DNA of 64,000 bases from the human T2T-CHM13v2.0 reference genome, Homo sapiens. A model generated the notes under the pieces. It made no database searches. It was not told the origin of the DNA and saw nothing but the letters and a program-made list of their open reading frames with translations. The DNA lies in NCBI RefSeq assembly GCF_009914755.1, contig NC_060941.1; one strand, 5' to 3'. Position numbers and translations under genes: made by a program. How positions within the stretch are numbered: position 1 is the first letter of the stretch; each line of letters begins with the position of its first letter. This document shows positions 30,738-47,020 of this stretch, piece after piece.

Positions 30738-33512
30738 AATGCTGACAATTTTCAAGTCAGCTATGGAGTTTGAATTTTCCTCCAAATTTACACTGGCTAT
30801 TTCCCCAGTTCAAATTAGGCCTGACTGGTTTCTCTTTCTCTTTCTTTTTTTCTGAATACATATCAGTTTTGGATTGAGGCCTAACATTTCCACTACCATC
30901 CAGAGGAGAGATGAGAAAACCAGAGTTGGGCTCTTAATCCCAGGGGAAAAAACAATGGGCTGCTCTGGAACGCTGCAGAGTCAGGGTTGAATGAATGCAG
31001 GAGCGGGGCAGGCAGCTAGGGAGTGTGTCGGCCACGTGATGAGCCTGCCATGGTGTCCAGATGGACATGTGGTATTTGGTTTAAAGCCCACGCTACTGGG
31101 GCATAAACAGCTGAGGATAAATGATCAGACTCAATTGTTCTCTCCTTTCCCAGGAAAGGCCAGGAAGGAAAAGGCCCCAGTTTAAGGGAGAAGGCATTGT
31201 CCTCAGTGGATGAAGCATAGTCAGGTAGCCCGGTCTGGCAGGGGGCCAGTGGGGAGCACGAGATTCTCATGGCTGCTGTGGCTGGTGGCCGCCTTTACAA
31301 CAATAGCATATTGGACTCCTGTCCTTCCCATCCCACCTCTGAAATGATCACACCCATGTTAAATCTCTGATAAGATACTATCAGATACTCCAAAGTCCAG
31401 TTTGGAACTACAGTCTTTGCTTGACTCAATCCAGAATCCTTTCTCTCTCCCTGGTCCTATCTCCCCATCTAATCCCCCTCAATTCTTCTTTCTATCCAGC
31501 TGCTAAGGTCCCTGGGCCATCAGAAGCGAATAGAACAAACCTAAGACATCACTCTCCATCAAGAGGCCTGCATGACTCTTTATTTACATCATCTTCCAGG
31601 AAGAGGAGGAGGAGCTGCTTTGGGGACACCCACTTCCTCTCCTTACGTAACAACACACTGCATTTGCACAAGTGTCCTTGGTTGTAAAGGGTTCCACACT
31701 CACTTTCTTATTCAGGGCTTATTACAAGCCTCTCAGGTAGCTATGGTCATGGTACCCTGATCCCTTGTCAAAGATGAGCCCACTGAGGCTCAGGGTGACT
31801 ACCGTTGTGCCAGGAGTTGCTAAGTGGTGGATCACAGACTCCAGTTCAGGGGGAGGTAGGGTGGTAAAGAAGCAGCTGGATGAACCTGGGTTTGAATCCT
31901 GCTCAGAAATGTTCCATCTGTGTGACACCACAGGCAAGTGACTTAACCTGATTGAGCCTCAGCTTCCTGATCTAGAAAAAAGGGTGATCATGCATCCCTC
32001 ATAGAGCTGTGGTGAGCATTTACGAATCACGAGTGAAACATGCATAGCATGGGGTTTGGCAGATAGAAGTCCAGTAAATGTCTAAGCCCATCTCCAGCGT
32101 TTCTTCTGGTTCCAAGCTCAGGACTATCCTTTAAGCTAAGTGGTAGATACTCAATGAACGTGTTTTGGATGATTTAGCCCTCTCCTTTCCCCCATCCCTC
32201 CCCAAGTGAGAGGATGTTTATTTGCAGCTCTGTGCTGCAGAGAGCTCTGCAAACAAGGATTGGCAGCAGTAACTTTCTCCAGCTGGCACAACAATGAAAG
32301 GCCACAGGCCCTGGGGCTGCTCCCTATGGATGTCCAGGGAACAGAGGCCAGGCAGCAGGCTGACTGCTCCGGGCACTCCCTGTGGCTTCTTCACTCTAGC
32401 TGGCTACCCAGTATACTGAGTAGCAAAATGGCCTTTGAAAAGGCCCACCCTGTGGCCATGATTTCTAGCAGACCAAATGAGAGTGTTCTCCTGGGAGCAC
32501 TGTCAACTCCTCTTGCTGGAGACAATTCTCTGGGAGCTCCTCAGACCCTACTGGAGCACTGTGTGCTTGGCTTTCTGAATGCTTAGAGGTGACAGGTGCT
32601 TTAGCAGACATCCAATCCACAGCGGTTGCCCAGGCAGCACTACACCCCCCACTGTCACTTCAACCGGAGTAACTCCAACCTCATCTGCTTTAGCTATGGG
32701 TCCTTCAGGTAAATGTGGCTGGAATGGCTGGAAGAAAGGGTCGGGTCTCAATGTTGTTTCAAAATAAAAGCTGAAGACAACTGACCTAATGCAACTCGCT
32801 CAATATTCACAGGGGGAACCGAGGCGCGGACAAGGCAAGTGACCCCCAAGGTCATACAATTCTGCCAAGTGCTGAGCAAACACTGCGGACTGGACTTCTG
32901 GTCTACTGCTTTCCATGGCATCAGCTAAGATGACTGCTCTGAACCTGGGGCTGCGGCAGCCTCTGATGATGGCCGTAGGTATCTCCTACTCCATTCTGGA
33001 GGCTCCCTGCTGATCCCTAATGTGGAAGTCCCCCTCTTCCTCCCCAGTTTGTAATCCCAGTGGGCACTGAGGTTTGGCCATCAGCAGCAGAGGATCCTGC
33101 TACAGATAACTGAAGGGTGGTACTGAAAAAACCATCAGATCAGCAGAGAAGCCCCGTCCCCTTATCCCCAAGGTCCTTGGACAACTCCTCCAACCAGGCA
33201 CATTTTTCCTTCCTGGGCTGCACTCAGCTGTGACTGGGCTCCTCTCTCTGGCATGCCTCCTCCCTGTCCAGAGCTCTTCTAGGTTTTCCCCCTTCTGCCT
33301 CCTTTTTTCTTCCTCCTCCACTTCCTTCAGTCTTCTTGGGGCATTTCAAGCCTAGCACCCATCTGTGAGTTCCTCTTGGGCTTGTTGGTAAGGTCTAAAG
33401 TTTGTTATCAAGAGAAATTCCAGCCAAAGTGGATTGTGAATATGAAAAAGAGAGAAATTACAGCAAACAGAACTTATGTTTATAATAAAATGGTCTAAAA
33501 TAGATACATATG

Positions 33513-34145
<633 letters not shown>

Positions 34146-34621
34146 AAATGGATATGTATTTATACAAACCATAGAAAAATGTTTGGCAACTATCCCAAGA
34201 TACCTGACAATGTGAAATACTTTTATTACAACTGGCCTGACCTTCAAAGGCCTTCACAGCTCCTGCCTTCCTGTTACAGTCTACTATGTTCCTCATGCAC
34301 CTTCCACTCAGCACAAACAGGCTGCACTGCCTCTGAAACGCATCACTTGAATCCTGCCTCTGCTCCTTTGTCCATCTGAATCACCCTCTCCACATTTCTG
34401 ACCCAGTAATCCTAATCTCACTTTATGAGGCAGTTCGCTTCCCTTTTGCATTTCCCTGGGGTACACTGTCAATAGCCTAGTGTCTGATGTCATCAGTCAG
34501 CACTTCATCAGAGGCAATTATGTCTACAGAGCTTTTGGCTAATTACTGTCACTCCTTACATGTGTGCATATGCATATCATCTTTCCCTAATGAGACTGGA
34601 AATAATGATTCATTCCCTGGA

Positions 34622-34868
34622 GCAGTGGTTTCCATAAATGACCAACCCACAGACCAGTGCAAACTGGCTGTGAAAGAGCTTCCTCTGAGGAACTTATTAG
34701 AATGCAGATTCTTGGACTGCATGGGAGAGGAGGATCTCATAAATCTGGGTGTAATAGGCACAGAACATTAGGTGTAATATGGGCAGGACTCTGGACTCAG
34801 CATATCCAACAAGCTGCTGGCTGATTCCGATGATGCCGATGAATTGCCAGGTTGGGAACTGTTGCCCC
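34622..34868 (+). mobile_element. MER5-like hAT relic, preceded by an L2 3' fragment
   Basis: cagtggtttcc...ttattagaatgcagattcttgg...ccaggttgggaactgttg. Confidence 0.6.
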
Positions 34869-35279
34869 CAGAGAAACTAGCAGAGAGCTCTGTACGTGGT
34901 AGGTGCTCACTCCCCTATTGTTTGGGTGTATGCCTCCTGATAATGAACTTGAACATAACATTATTGTTATATTATGCCTGTATTGTTTCCTTAAGTGAGG
35001 GAAGAATGCTTTTGAGTACCTAATAGGTGGCAAGCTCTGTGCCTACTTACATACATGATCTATTCCTTTTAATAACCTTTGGAAATGAAGTGGTATTTTC
35101 ACTGGGCGTTAGAAATCTGAAAACTTTCGTTTACAGCTGTTGCAACAGCAGAACTAGAATGTGACCTCCGACATAATGGGCTCAAAGTCTATGACCTTTC
35201 TGCTCACCAGAGGGCATGAACTGCTGGTTTGTACCTGGCTTGCAGATACCTTCTTTGGGCAGCACAATGTTCAAAGTTA

Positions 35280-35530
35280 AAAAAATTTACCAACACTTCT
35301 AAACTGGATACTTTGTATTAATATCTGGGTTTCTGGCTTCTCTTCATGGGAAAAACAAAACAAAACAAAAGGTTTGGTGAACACTGGGGCCCACATTCCT
35401 GCAGGACAACAGTCACATGGAGCCTTTAGATGGGCATGTGCCTAGAACACACTAGAGTCCCCATCGCTCCCCATTCTCTTACATTCTATTCCCAACCAGG
35501 TTCTTATAGGCCTGGGTTTGTGACTGCTGC
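35280..35530 (+). mobile_element. MER102-like hAT relic
   Basis: tttctggcttctctt...aacactggggcccacattcctgca...gtttgtgactgctg. Confidence 0.55.
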
Positions 35531-35989
35531 ACACTTATCTACTCTCTTGCTTCCCACTGGTCAGGAAGTCTGGCAAACTTAAAAGGCCTCTTTTTGTTGC
35601 TCTCTCCTGTATGGATCTCTGATCATAGAGGTGTGTGCATTTCTGTCTTTGTGATTTCAATACTAAGGAAGCCGTTGGTACATTATCAAGAGAAACTGGG
35701 ATCGCCACTCCCCAACTTACACATTCTGGTGTGTCCCAGTAAAATTCTGTACTCAGCCTCCAAACTAGCTGGGAAAAATGTGGCAAATCATCTACTTGCT
35801 CCAATTCAATGGTGTTTAGAAGTAAGAAGTCACTGTGAGCAATGCCACCAAGTGGTGGAGAGACTCCATGCAGACTCACCACCTTCAGCCAGGGAGGCTG
35901 GGAGGCCGAAGACCTCTCTCAACGCATAGGGCCATTCAGAAACTAGAAACAAAATGCTTGCCCATCTCCCTAGGCCAGTCCTTCCGAGG

Positions 35990-37106
<1,117 letters not shown>

Positions 37107-37670
37107 TGAACAGAGGACTATTAAACTCTTTTAGCATCAGAATAGCAAGGAGGTAAAAAAACAAACAACAAAACAAACAAAAAAAACCCTCTTTGTAAAA
37201 TAGGATTGAGTATCGTTGGATTGAGCACTTACCAAGCAACTGTGCCAGGCATTTGTGTCCTTCATTTAATTCTTACAAGCCTGAGTGTTCGGTATTTTAA
37301 TTTTATAGGTGAACAAATAGAAGCTGAGGGTGAAGGACCTACAGCTGTCACCTTCATCTCTTCTCAACACTGCCAACTGTCTCCTTGGATCTCCCAGACA
37401 GACGACTAGGGACATCTCTGGTTTCTCGGTGCTCCCTAGAAACCTAGGGTCATTTCAAGGCATTATGCAAATGAGCTTTCCTTCTCTTCACCTCATCTCC
37501 TGATCTGCACAAAAATGACCGTAGGACCCACTGTAGGTACCAATGTAGGCACCAATCCTCAGTTTACCACCTGCTCTCTACTTGCTTCCCTGCCATAACT
37601 TTCTAAAAGGGATGTGAGCCATGTTTAAAGTCACCTGGTCACTGGAGGGATCTTGTTCTACACTCTACAT

Positions 37671-38029
37671 CAGTGGTTGCCAACCTTTTTGGCACCAGGG
37701 ACTGGTGTTGTGGAAGACAATTTTTCCACGGACTGGGGGATGGGGGGAGTGGTTTCAGGATAAAACTGCTCCACCTCAAATCATCAGGCATTAGATTCTC
37801 ATAAGGAGCACACAACCTAGATTGCTAGCAGGCACAGTTCACAATAGGGTTCGTTCTCCTGTGAGAATGGCATGCCGCTGCTGATCTAACAGAGGCAGAG
37901 CTCAGGTGGTAATGGGAGCAAGGGGGAGCGGCTCTAAATACAGCTTGCCGCTCACCTCCTGCTGTGCAGCCCAGTTCCTAACAGGCCACAGATGGCACTG
38001 GTCTGTAGCCCAGGAGTTTGGGAATCCTG
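37671..38029 (+). mobile_element. MER1B hAT-Charlie element
   Basis: ccaacctttttggcaccagggactgg start, cattagattctcataaggagc core, 8-bp TSD ctctacat/ctctacag. Confidence 0.88.
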
Positions 38030-38279
38030 CTCTACAGAGTTTCCAACCTCAGAGATGAAGCATCCCCTCTGTAAGTCAGAAAGAAATTATTCAAGTAGGA
38101 GAATTAAAACAGGATCACAGAGAGGGAGGCTGAAGAATTTGTCTTTCTGTGTTTACTTGTATGAGGAAAAACGGCACATGGAGGCATCCACAGTATTTAA
38201 TTTGTTTGTATACTAGTTACAGATAAACAGGTACACCCCATATACAATTACCAATACTTTTTATACAGTTCATATTTCG

Positions 38280-40202
38280 GTACATCAACACTATTTTATT
38301 TACACTCTATTTATGTACATTAACATCTTTCTAAAGTCAGTGCATTGTCAACAAGTTTTATACAGTAATTTACAAGGTGAATGTAGTTAATAGTTAATTT
38401 AATAAATTTTCTGCTAGTTCATGAATTAAAAAAATTAATTACAACCAGTATAACAAACACAGATCAAACAACATTAGTAGATTGAGCTACCTGCTTAAAT
38501 AAAACATCTGTAAAGAAATTATTTAAAATCTTCCACTTTTTAATGGGAATGGACAGATTTTATATACTGAAAATCTTGAAACTATAAAGTATGCATTTTG
38601 TCTGACTTTATTACATTAGACAATTTAGGCCAGTCCTACCTACTTGCAATTATATTTTTTCTGAAAAGGATTTCAATTTAGGTAGCCATTTAAGATAACC
38701 TTTCCAAATGCTCTGAGAACTAGATATTAATAGTTACTGGCCTCAGATATCAGAACACAAATACTTAGTTACATTGGTAATTACTATCTATGAGGAAGAA
38801 AGGGTAGTGGAATCTGACAATTAATGAGAATCAACTTGCAGGGTCTAAATGAATAAACAAAGACCAAAAATAAGGTGAAACATTTCCTTCAAGTATATAT
38901 TAAAAAACTACACGAAAAAAATGCTACCTGAAATAAATAATATTTATACTTTTGTTCCAGTCTTGATTAGAGAAAAAAATGAAGTAAGCAAAGAAACATA
39001 ACTTTCGATGACTACTGTAAAATTTAAAAAAAAGACAAATATCAAAATAAAAAAATTAGTGGACATGCAAACAAAGCAAAACTAAAGTTGACTTCCTAAA
39101 ACCACCAATTTCATTAAATACACTTATGAACTCCTAATGTCTGGGATGTGTTTTGTTTGTAATTTATAGCCCTTAGAGCCATCAAATACACACAAGCAAG
39201 TTCATTTGCATGTGTTCTCTCTTTTTTAAAGTGCAAGACAAACACAGAAAAGAACAACCACTAATTGTGAAACGTGATCTAGCTCCAATGCCACTTACCT
39301 TCCCAGAAGCTCTTGTTGCAACAGGTGCATGTGAAGATGGTGCAAATATTGGCAACTGCTCCCCTTCCCTCAGCATGGGTGGGGCCGGGGGTGCAGAATA
39401 CATTTCTGAGGATACTTGAAGTATCCTAAATGTAAGATGCCTCCACTGGGAGGGCCATGGTAGCTGGATTTCCCAGGATGCTGTTTCTTTCTACTGGGTC
39501 TCCCACAAGGCTCTGGGTGGAAGGCACACAGCTCTTAAGAGAGCCTCCCTTTCAGACTGACCACTATATGCCCCTGCCACCAATGACTGGTTGTGTCTCA
39601 AACATAAATACAACGGCAAAAACAAAAAGCAAGAAAGACAAAGAAAGGGTATGGAAACAGTTTAAAAAATAAATTGAAAAATCCTCGTCCATGCCTTAAG
39701 AATCATTTGCACACCTTCGTGATCTTGCTTTCTCCATCTTGTCAATATAATGGAATAAAACTTCAGGAAAAAGGAGGTAGCATATCATGTCGTCCCTAGA
39801 CAACATTATAATTGTTTGTTTTTTACTCTGACTCCAAGGAAATCTTTAATATTTGTTATGATTATGGTAAACTCTATACTCACTACATATTTGTTCATAT
39901 CTGGACAAGCACAATTGAATTCTTATTTGGTCCCAGGTGGCTGGTGCCAAACCTTTTGTTTACAGGCTAATGGTGGGATCTGCCTGAAAGTTCTCTATCG
40001 GAGAGCTTGTATGAGACTTCAAAATAAAATGATTACTACTCTTAAAGTTAACTATTTTAATTAGAATTTTTATTTTGTGCTTCAGGGCCACAGGATAAAA
40101 TAACTACATTTAGCTTGCCTTTCAGTGACGCTTTTGCCAAATGTCAGCTACAAGGAGTCATCTCCCTCACCGCCAAGCTGTCTAGCAGCCAGAGTGGTAG
40201 CT
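38280..40202 (-). other. USP32: USP32 3'UTR (about 1.9 kb)
   Basis: Repeat-free AT-rich sequence after the stop codon; the end is inferred from the AATAAA. Confidence 0.75.
38295..38300 (-). terminator. USP32: Candidate USP32 poly(A) signal AATAAA
   Basis: tttatt on the + strand, with TGTA motifs just upstream on the - strand. Confidence 0.6.
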
Positions 40203-40376
40203 TTACTGTAACACACAGTACTTTTTGTAATCAGACTCAAAGTCTTCATCCATACTGCTTGTGTCTGCCATCTTTTTGCCATCAGTCTTTGGCAGAAATT
40301 GTGCATAGTCTATCCCCTGCTGCTCATAGAAAAGAATGTAGGCAGAGTCGGTGTCAATTTCATCCGGGTGAAGTTC
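40203..40376 (-). CDS. USP32: USP32 terminal coding exon (ELHPDEIDTDSAYILFYEQ...YKKYCVLQ*)
   Basis: USP AYILFY motif; 174 nt; tcag| acceptor; TAA stop. Confidence 0.98.
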   Translation of the reverse strand, partial: ELHPDEIDTDSAYILFYEQQGIDYAQFLPKTDGKKMADTSSMDEDFESDYKKYCVLQ

Positions 40377-40478
40377 CTGAAAGGGCAAGAAAAACCTTTA
40401 ACAAAAAGCCATCACTACTATGGCTCTAAATCCTTGCCAGGAAAGGGAAGACCAACCCTCTGTAATTACTAAACCTGA

Positions 40479-41585
<1,107 letters not shown>

Positions 41586-41811
41586 CTGTAAGAGATAAGA
41601 GAGTGGAGGTATGTTAGCAGTTAACTGTACTATGGCCAGGGTATAGCACTAGGATCTGAGCAGGAGAACACTGATCATGTAAATGATCAGTAGGTGAAAA
41701 AATATTTTAGAACCCTCTAACTTTTTCTAAAACCAAAATAAGCAAAAAGCAAAATACAAAAGTCATAAGCTCTAAGTCTTGTGTGGATAAACAATCATTT
41801 TATAATTGTAA

Positions 41812-41815
41812 TTAC

Positions 41816-41846
<31 letters not shown>

Positions 41847-42125
41847 TTGAGACAGGGACTTGCTCTATCACCCAGGCTGGGGTGCAGTCGAGTGATCACA
41901 ACTCTCTAAAGACTTGACCTCCTGGGCTCAGGTGATCCTTCTGCCTCAGCCTTCCAAGTAGCTGGGACCACAGGCACATGCCACCATACCTTGCTCCATT
42001 TTAAAATTATTTCTAGAGATGGGGCCAGGCTGGTCTCAAACTCCTGGGCTCAAGTGATCCTCCTGCCTCAGCCTTCTAAAGTGCTGGGATTGATTACAGG
42101 TGTGAGTCACCACACCTGGGCAGGC
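41812..42125 (-). mobile_element. AluJ with (TAT)n tail
   Basis: Antisense Alu. Confidence 0.93.
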
Positions 42126-42271
42126 CAAGATTTCTGTGTTAACTTTGTCTATCACTAAGCTCAATGCTAGGAAATAAGCAGGACCTGAAAAAAATACTTG
42201 CTGATGAATACATGAAGACAAGTGAACAAAACACAGACCACTCTCTGAAAACCATATAATAAACCACTTAC

Positions 42272-42696
42272 CGAAATTGCATATAGATTATAAATAGGCT
42301 TAATACGAGTATCTTCTCTTTGGTCATCAGTGCTGTCTTCTTCACTGTGGTTTCCAAGCTGACCATTGCTGTAGCCATTGCCACATGCTTCATGCTCATA
42401 AAGGAATCCATTGGCCAAAGCTACCTCATGGTCCTGAGGAGTGACCAACTCTGGTTGGCTGCCCCCCAGCACATGCCCTCGACTCAAGGCGTCAGCCAGC
42501 TCACATATCTGCCCAGCCCCATTTTCTTTGCTGGCATCCAAGTTCTCTTTACTACTTGACAGTTTATTTTTGCTGCCAATCTGGGGCAGCCGGAGCCTCC
42601 CTTTGCTCCTCCCCAAAGTCCGTGGGCTGCTATTAGGGCTGCTGTTTTTGCTGGAGGGACAGCTGGTTCCACTTTTTCTTGATGAAGAAGGAGAAC
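42272..42696 (-). CDS. USP32: USP32 exon (Ser-rich insertion ... IYNLYAIS)
   Basis: 425 nt, phase 1 to 0; YNLYAI motif. Confidence 0.97.
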
Positions 42697-43147
42697 CTGT
42701 GAACAGGACAGAAGAAAAGATTCACAAATTCAAATGCCACAAAGTAAGCCAGCCCCAAATGCTACCTCTGAGGTTAGCTTCACAACTGTACACACAAAGG
42801 TAAAGACAGGGCAGTCGTGACTGGCTACTCTTTAGTTCCTATTATGTAGCCAGTAAGTTACATTTTTGTCTTCTTCAATGCCAAGTCCCTATAAGCAACA
42901 ATGTCCTCAAAATGTAAAGTACATTATAGGGACTCAGAAAATAGCAGAAAGATGATTTATGTCAGATTCAGTTGAAAAAAATCTAACTATTAGAGTAAGG
43001 AGTTTTCCAAATACATATTCCTCTCCTTTGTAAAATTAGACAAAAAATGTGACCACCATTTACTGAGTACTTCCTATTGTTAGGCATGGTACTGGGAATT
43101 TGTTGCTGTCCATTGTTACCTCTATGTCTCACAAAAATCCTGTAAGG

Positions 43148-43802
<655 letters not shown>

Positions 43803-44112
43803 CTATAAGGGGACAAGACAGCAGCTACCATTCCTGTTTACCGTATATCAGGCACTGTGTGAAGTGCTTTACTCTCCATGTGTCACTCTCAACTCTGTAA
43901 ACCTGGCATTATCTCCATTTTACAGATGAGAAAATAGATTCAGGGAGGCTGAACCTCTTGCTAAAACTTACATAGCTCAAATACAGATAGGTCTGATTCC
44001 AGATAGGTTCTTTCCACCCAACCAACCTGATGTTCCAGAACAGAAGACAGAGAAACATATGTAGCCTACAGGAGTCCCAAGAAAGCACCTGCATAAGGCC
44101 CCCAGGCCTCAC

Positions 44113-44401
44113 CTTTCGGGCTGCTGATGATGTTAGCGCTGAGTGAGGATGGGCTTTTGCTCAGGAGCACGTCCTCTTCCCCAGCCGAACTCTGCGCATC
44201 CACTTTCTTCACCTCCCTTGCCAGAATCCTGGGCTCAGAGAGCTCATCCCCCTGGGGTGTGAGTGGTTTATGCTGGCAGAGAGCCGGGTCTCTTGGTACC
44301 AAAAAAGCACTTGGATCAAAACTTTCCCGAGGAAATTTGACAATTTTCTGTGATTTTATCCACCGACCATTTACAAATTGAAATCGCTTAAGGTGAATAA
44401 T
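44113..44401 (-). CDS. USP32: USP32 exon (IIHLKRFQFVNGRWIKSQKIVKFPRESFDP...SPK)
   Basis: HLKRF motif; 289 nt; AG/GT boundaries. Confidence 0.98.
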
Positions 44402-44572
44402 CTGGAGAAGTAAAGGTAGAAAACATCTGCATTAAAGGGTTCTGAAGATACAAAATTTACATGGAAAAAACAAGTCAAATACATGTGAATGTTTGGGAAT
44501 ATATAACAGAACATTTACTCTTCATTATTTTTTAAAGACTTCAAAAATATGGTTTCATAAAGGCCTCTACAT

Positions 44573-44818
44573 AGGCCCCAGTGCACTGGTGTGCTTGTGC
44601 ACACACACTCAACTCAGCAGTGTGGCACAGCCACGTGACTGCGCAGTGGGTACTGCCTCCAGGCTCAGTTGCTCTTCTAGAGTCCACAAAGGCTTAGCCT
44701 AAGCTTCCACCCTCCACAGAGCCAGAAGTTCACCCTCTCCTGAAGTTCAAATTCACCACATTGTACCCCTTGTGGCAGTTCTCACATCACACTGAATTGC
44801 AGTTACTGGTCTACATGA
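44573..44818 (+). repeat. Intronic direct repeat, copy A (about 246 bp)
   Basis: Collinear with 45939-46189. Confidence 0.95.
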
Positions 44819-44953
44819 CTGCTCTGCTTGTTTTATGTGATGATTATATGAAAATATATACTTGTCAAAATTCATCAAACTGGATATTAAAAATCTATGC
44901 TTTTAATTGTATGCTAATTATACCTCAATTTTTTTTAAAAGGTCTACCCGTCA

Positions 44954-45778
44954 GCCGGGCGCAGTGGCTCACGCCTATAAACCCCGCGCTTTGGGAGGCC
45001 AAGGCGGGTGGATCATGAGGTCAGGAGATCGAGACCATCCTGGCTAACACAGTGAAACCTCATCTCTACTAAAAATAAATAAATAAATAAATAAATAAAA
45101 AACACACAAAAAATTAGCCAGGCGTGGTGGTGGGCGCCTGTAGTCCTAGCTACTCAGGAGGCTGAGGCAGGAGAATGGCATGAACCCAGGAGGTGAGGCT
45201 TGCAGTGAACTGAGATGGTGCCACTGCACTCCAGCCTGGGCGACAGAGTGAGACTCCGTCTCAAAAAAAAAAAAAAAAAGTCTCCCCCTCCTCCCCACCC
45301 ACCTTGTCTCCAAGCCTGCCCCTTCCCTCTAGTTCCTATCTGTGGAGCTAGCTAACAACCAATGTTATTAATTTCTTGTGCATCATTCCCTGGGAAGCTG
45401 TTCTGGTCTAAGAAAAACCTACATTCAGCTTCACAGAGTAGTATGACAGAGACATGAATAGAATAAGAAAACATGGCTGGGCACGGTGGCTCACGCCTGT
45501 AATTCCAGCACTTTGGGAGGCCAAGGTGGGCAGATCACCTGAGGTCAGGAATTCAAGACTAGCCTGGCCAACATGGTGAAACCCCATATCTACTAAAAGT
45601 ACAAAAATTAGCCGGGTGGTAGTGGTGCATGCCTGTAATCTCAGCTACTCAGGAGACTGAGGCAAGAGAATCACTTGAGCCCGAGAGGTGGAGGTTGCGG
45701 TGAGCTGAGATTACACCACTGCACTACAGCCTGGGTGACACAGTGAGACCCTGTCTCAAAAAAAAAAAAAAAAAAAAA
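44954..45778 (+). mobile_element. AluY (about 44954-45279) and AluS (about 45475-45778)
   Basis: The first has the diagnostic gagatcgagaccatcctggctaacac. Confidence 0.95.
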
Positions 45779-45938
45779 CATATAAATATCTGAATTAAAA
45801 TATGCCAGTACCTTACAGTTACACTGATCTTAATGAATAGGAAGATTTGTCACTTCAAATTCTCCTGACAAACAACAGGACAGTCTCCTAATCCATGAAG
45901 GGAGAAGGCAGAAGTAAATTAAATCTAAAAGAACACAC

Positions 45939-46189
45939 AGGCCCTAGTGCACTGGTGTGCTTGTGTACACACACTCAACTCAGTAGTGTGCCATAGCCAC
46001 ATGATTATGTGCAGTGGGTGTTGGGGGCTCCAGGCTCAGTTGCTCTTCTAGAGTCCACAAAGGGTTAGCCTAAGCTTCCTCTCTCCACAGAGCCAGAAGT
46101 TTAACCTCTCTTGAAGTTCAAATTCACCACGTTGTACCCCTTGTGGCAGTTCTCACATTGCACTGAATTGCAGTTACTGGTCTACATGA
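45939..46189 (+). repeat. Intronic direct repeat, copy B (about 251 bp)
   Basis: Collinear with 44573-44818. Confidence 0.95.
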
Positions 46190-46408
46190 TTGATCTTCTA
46201 GGTTATAAGCTCTTTAGGAAAAAGAACTACAAAATATTTGTAGAAAGATTCATCTCTGTATTCAACATAAAAAGCTTGTACAGAAAGTGTTTTAAACACT
46301 GCTGCAGGAAAGGTCTTATTCTCAAAAATAACAAAACCTCCTGTTTGTTCATGTCTTCTTTCTTTTATGCCAGATTCCTGCTCTCTCAGAGGCAGGACTG
46401 TAACATAC

Positions 46409-46600
46409 CAGGATGGGTGGAAGCCTCCAGAGATCCAGCTTCTTTGTTGCTAAGCAGTGGGTCTTACACTTGGAACAGTAGTACATCTCATTTTCCCCTA
46501 GCTCTTCCTCACTGGTGAAAGCACGGAGACAGCTGTCCAGGTTGATGGGCTCGGCTTGCGCTCGCCGACTCTGCTCCACACTCTCATGCTCATCTACAAC
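46409..46600 (-). CDS. USP32: USP32 exon (VVDEHES...LDSCLRAFTSEEEL...YCSKCK...LWRLPPIL)
   Basis: USP finger CxxC and LWRLP motifs; 192 nt. Confidence 0.98.
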
Positions 46601-46728
46601 CTGCAGGTAGAGGGAACAGGAGGAAAGGGGTGCGTGGGAAGGCATTTAAAGTGGTGATCTAGGTATGCATCAACCTCTTGGTCACTCACCCTTATTTTAC
46701 TCTATATAAGGAAAAAGAAAATACAACT

Positions 46729-47020
46729 GGCTGGGTATGGTGGCTCATGCCTGTAATCCCAGCACTTTAGGAGGCCGAGGTGGGGTAATTGCTTGAGTCC
46801 AGGAGTTCGAAACCAGCCTGGTCAAAAGAGTGAGACCCTGTCTCTGTAAAAGAAAAATCTAAAAATTAGCTGGGCATTGTGGTACATGTCTGTAGTCCCA
46901 GCTACTCAGGAGGATTGCTTGAGCCTGGGAGGTAGAGGTTGCAGTGAACTGTGATTACACCACTGCGCTCCAGCCTGGATGACAGAGAGAGACCCTGTCT
47001 CAAAAAAAAGGGAAAAGAAA
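46729..47020 (+). mobile_element. AluJ
   Basis: Alu body with A-rich tail. Confidence 0.93.

Noticed and set aside
34487-34771. 94-aa globular-looking ORF
   Set aside because: It overlaps L2 and MER5-like relics, with no splice context or known homology
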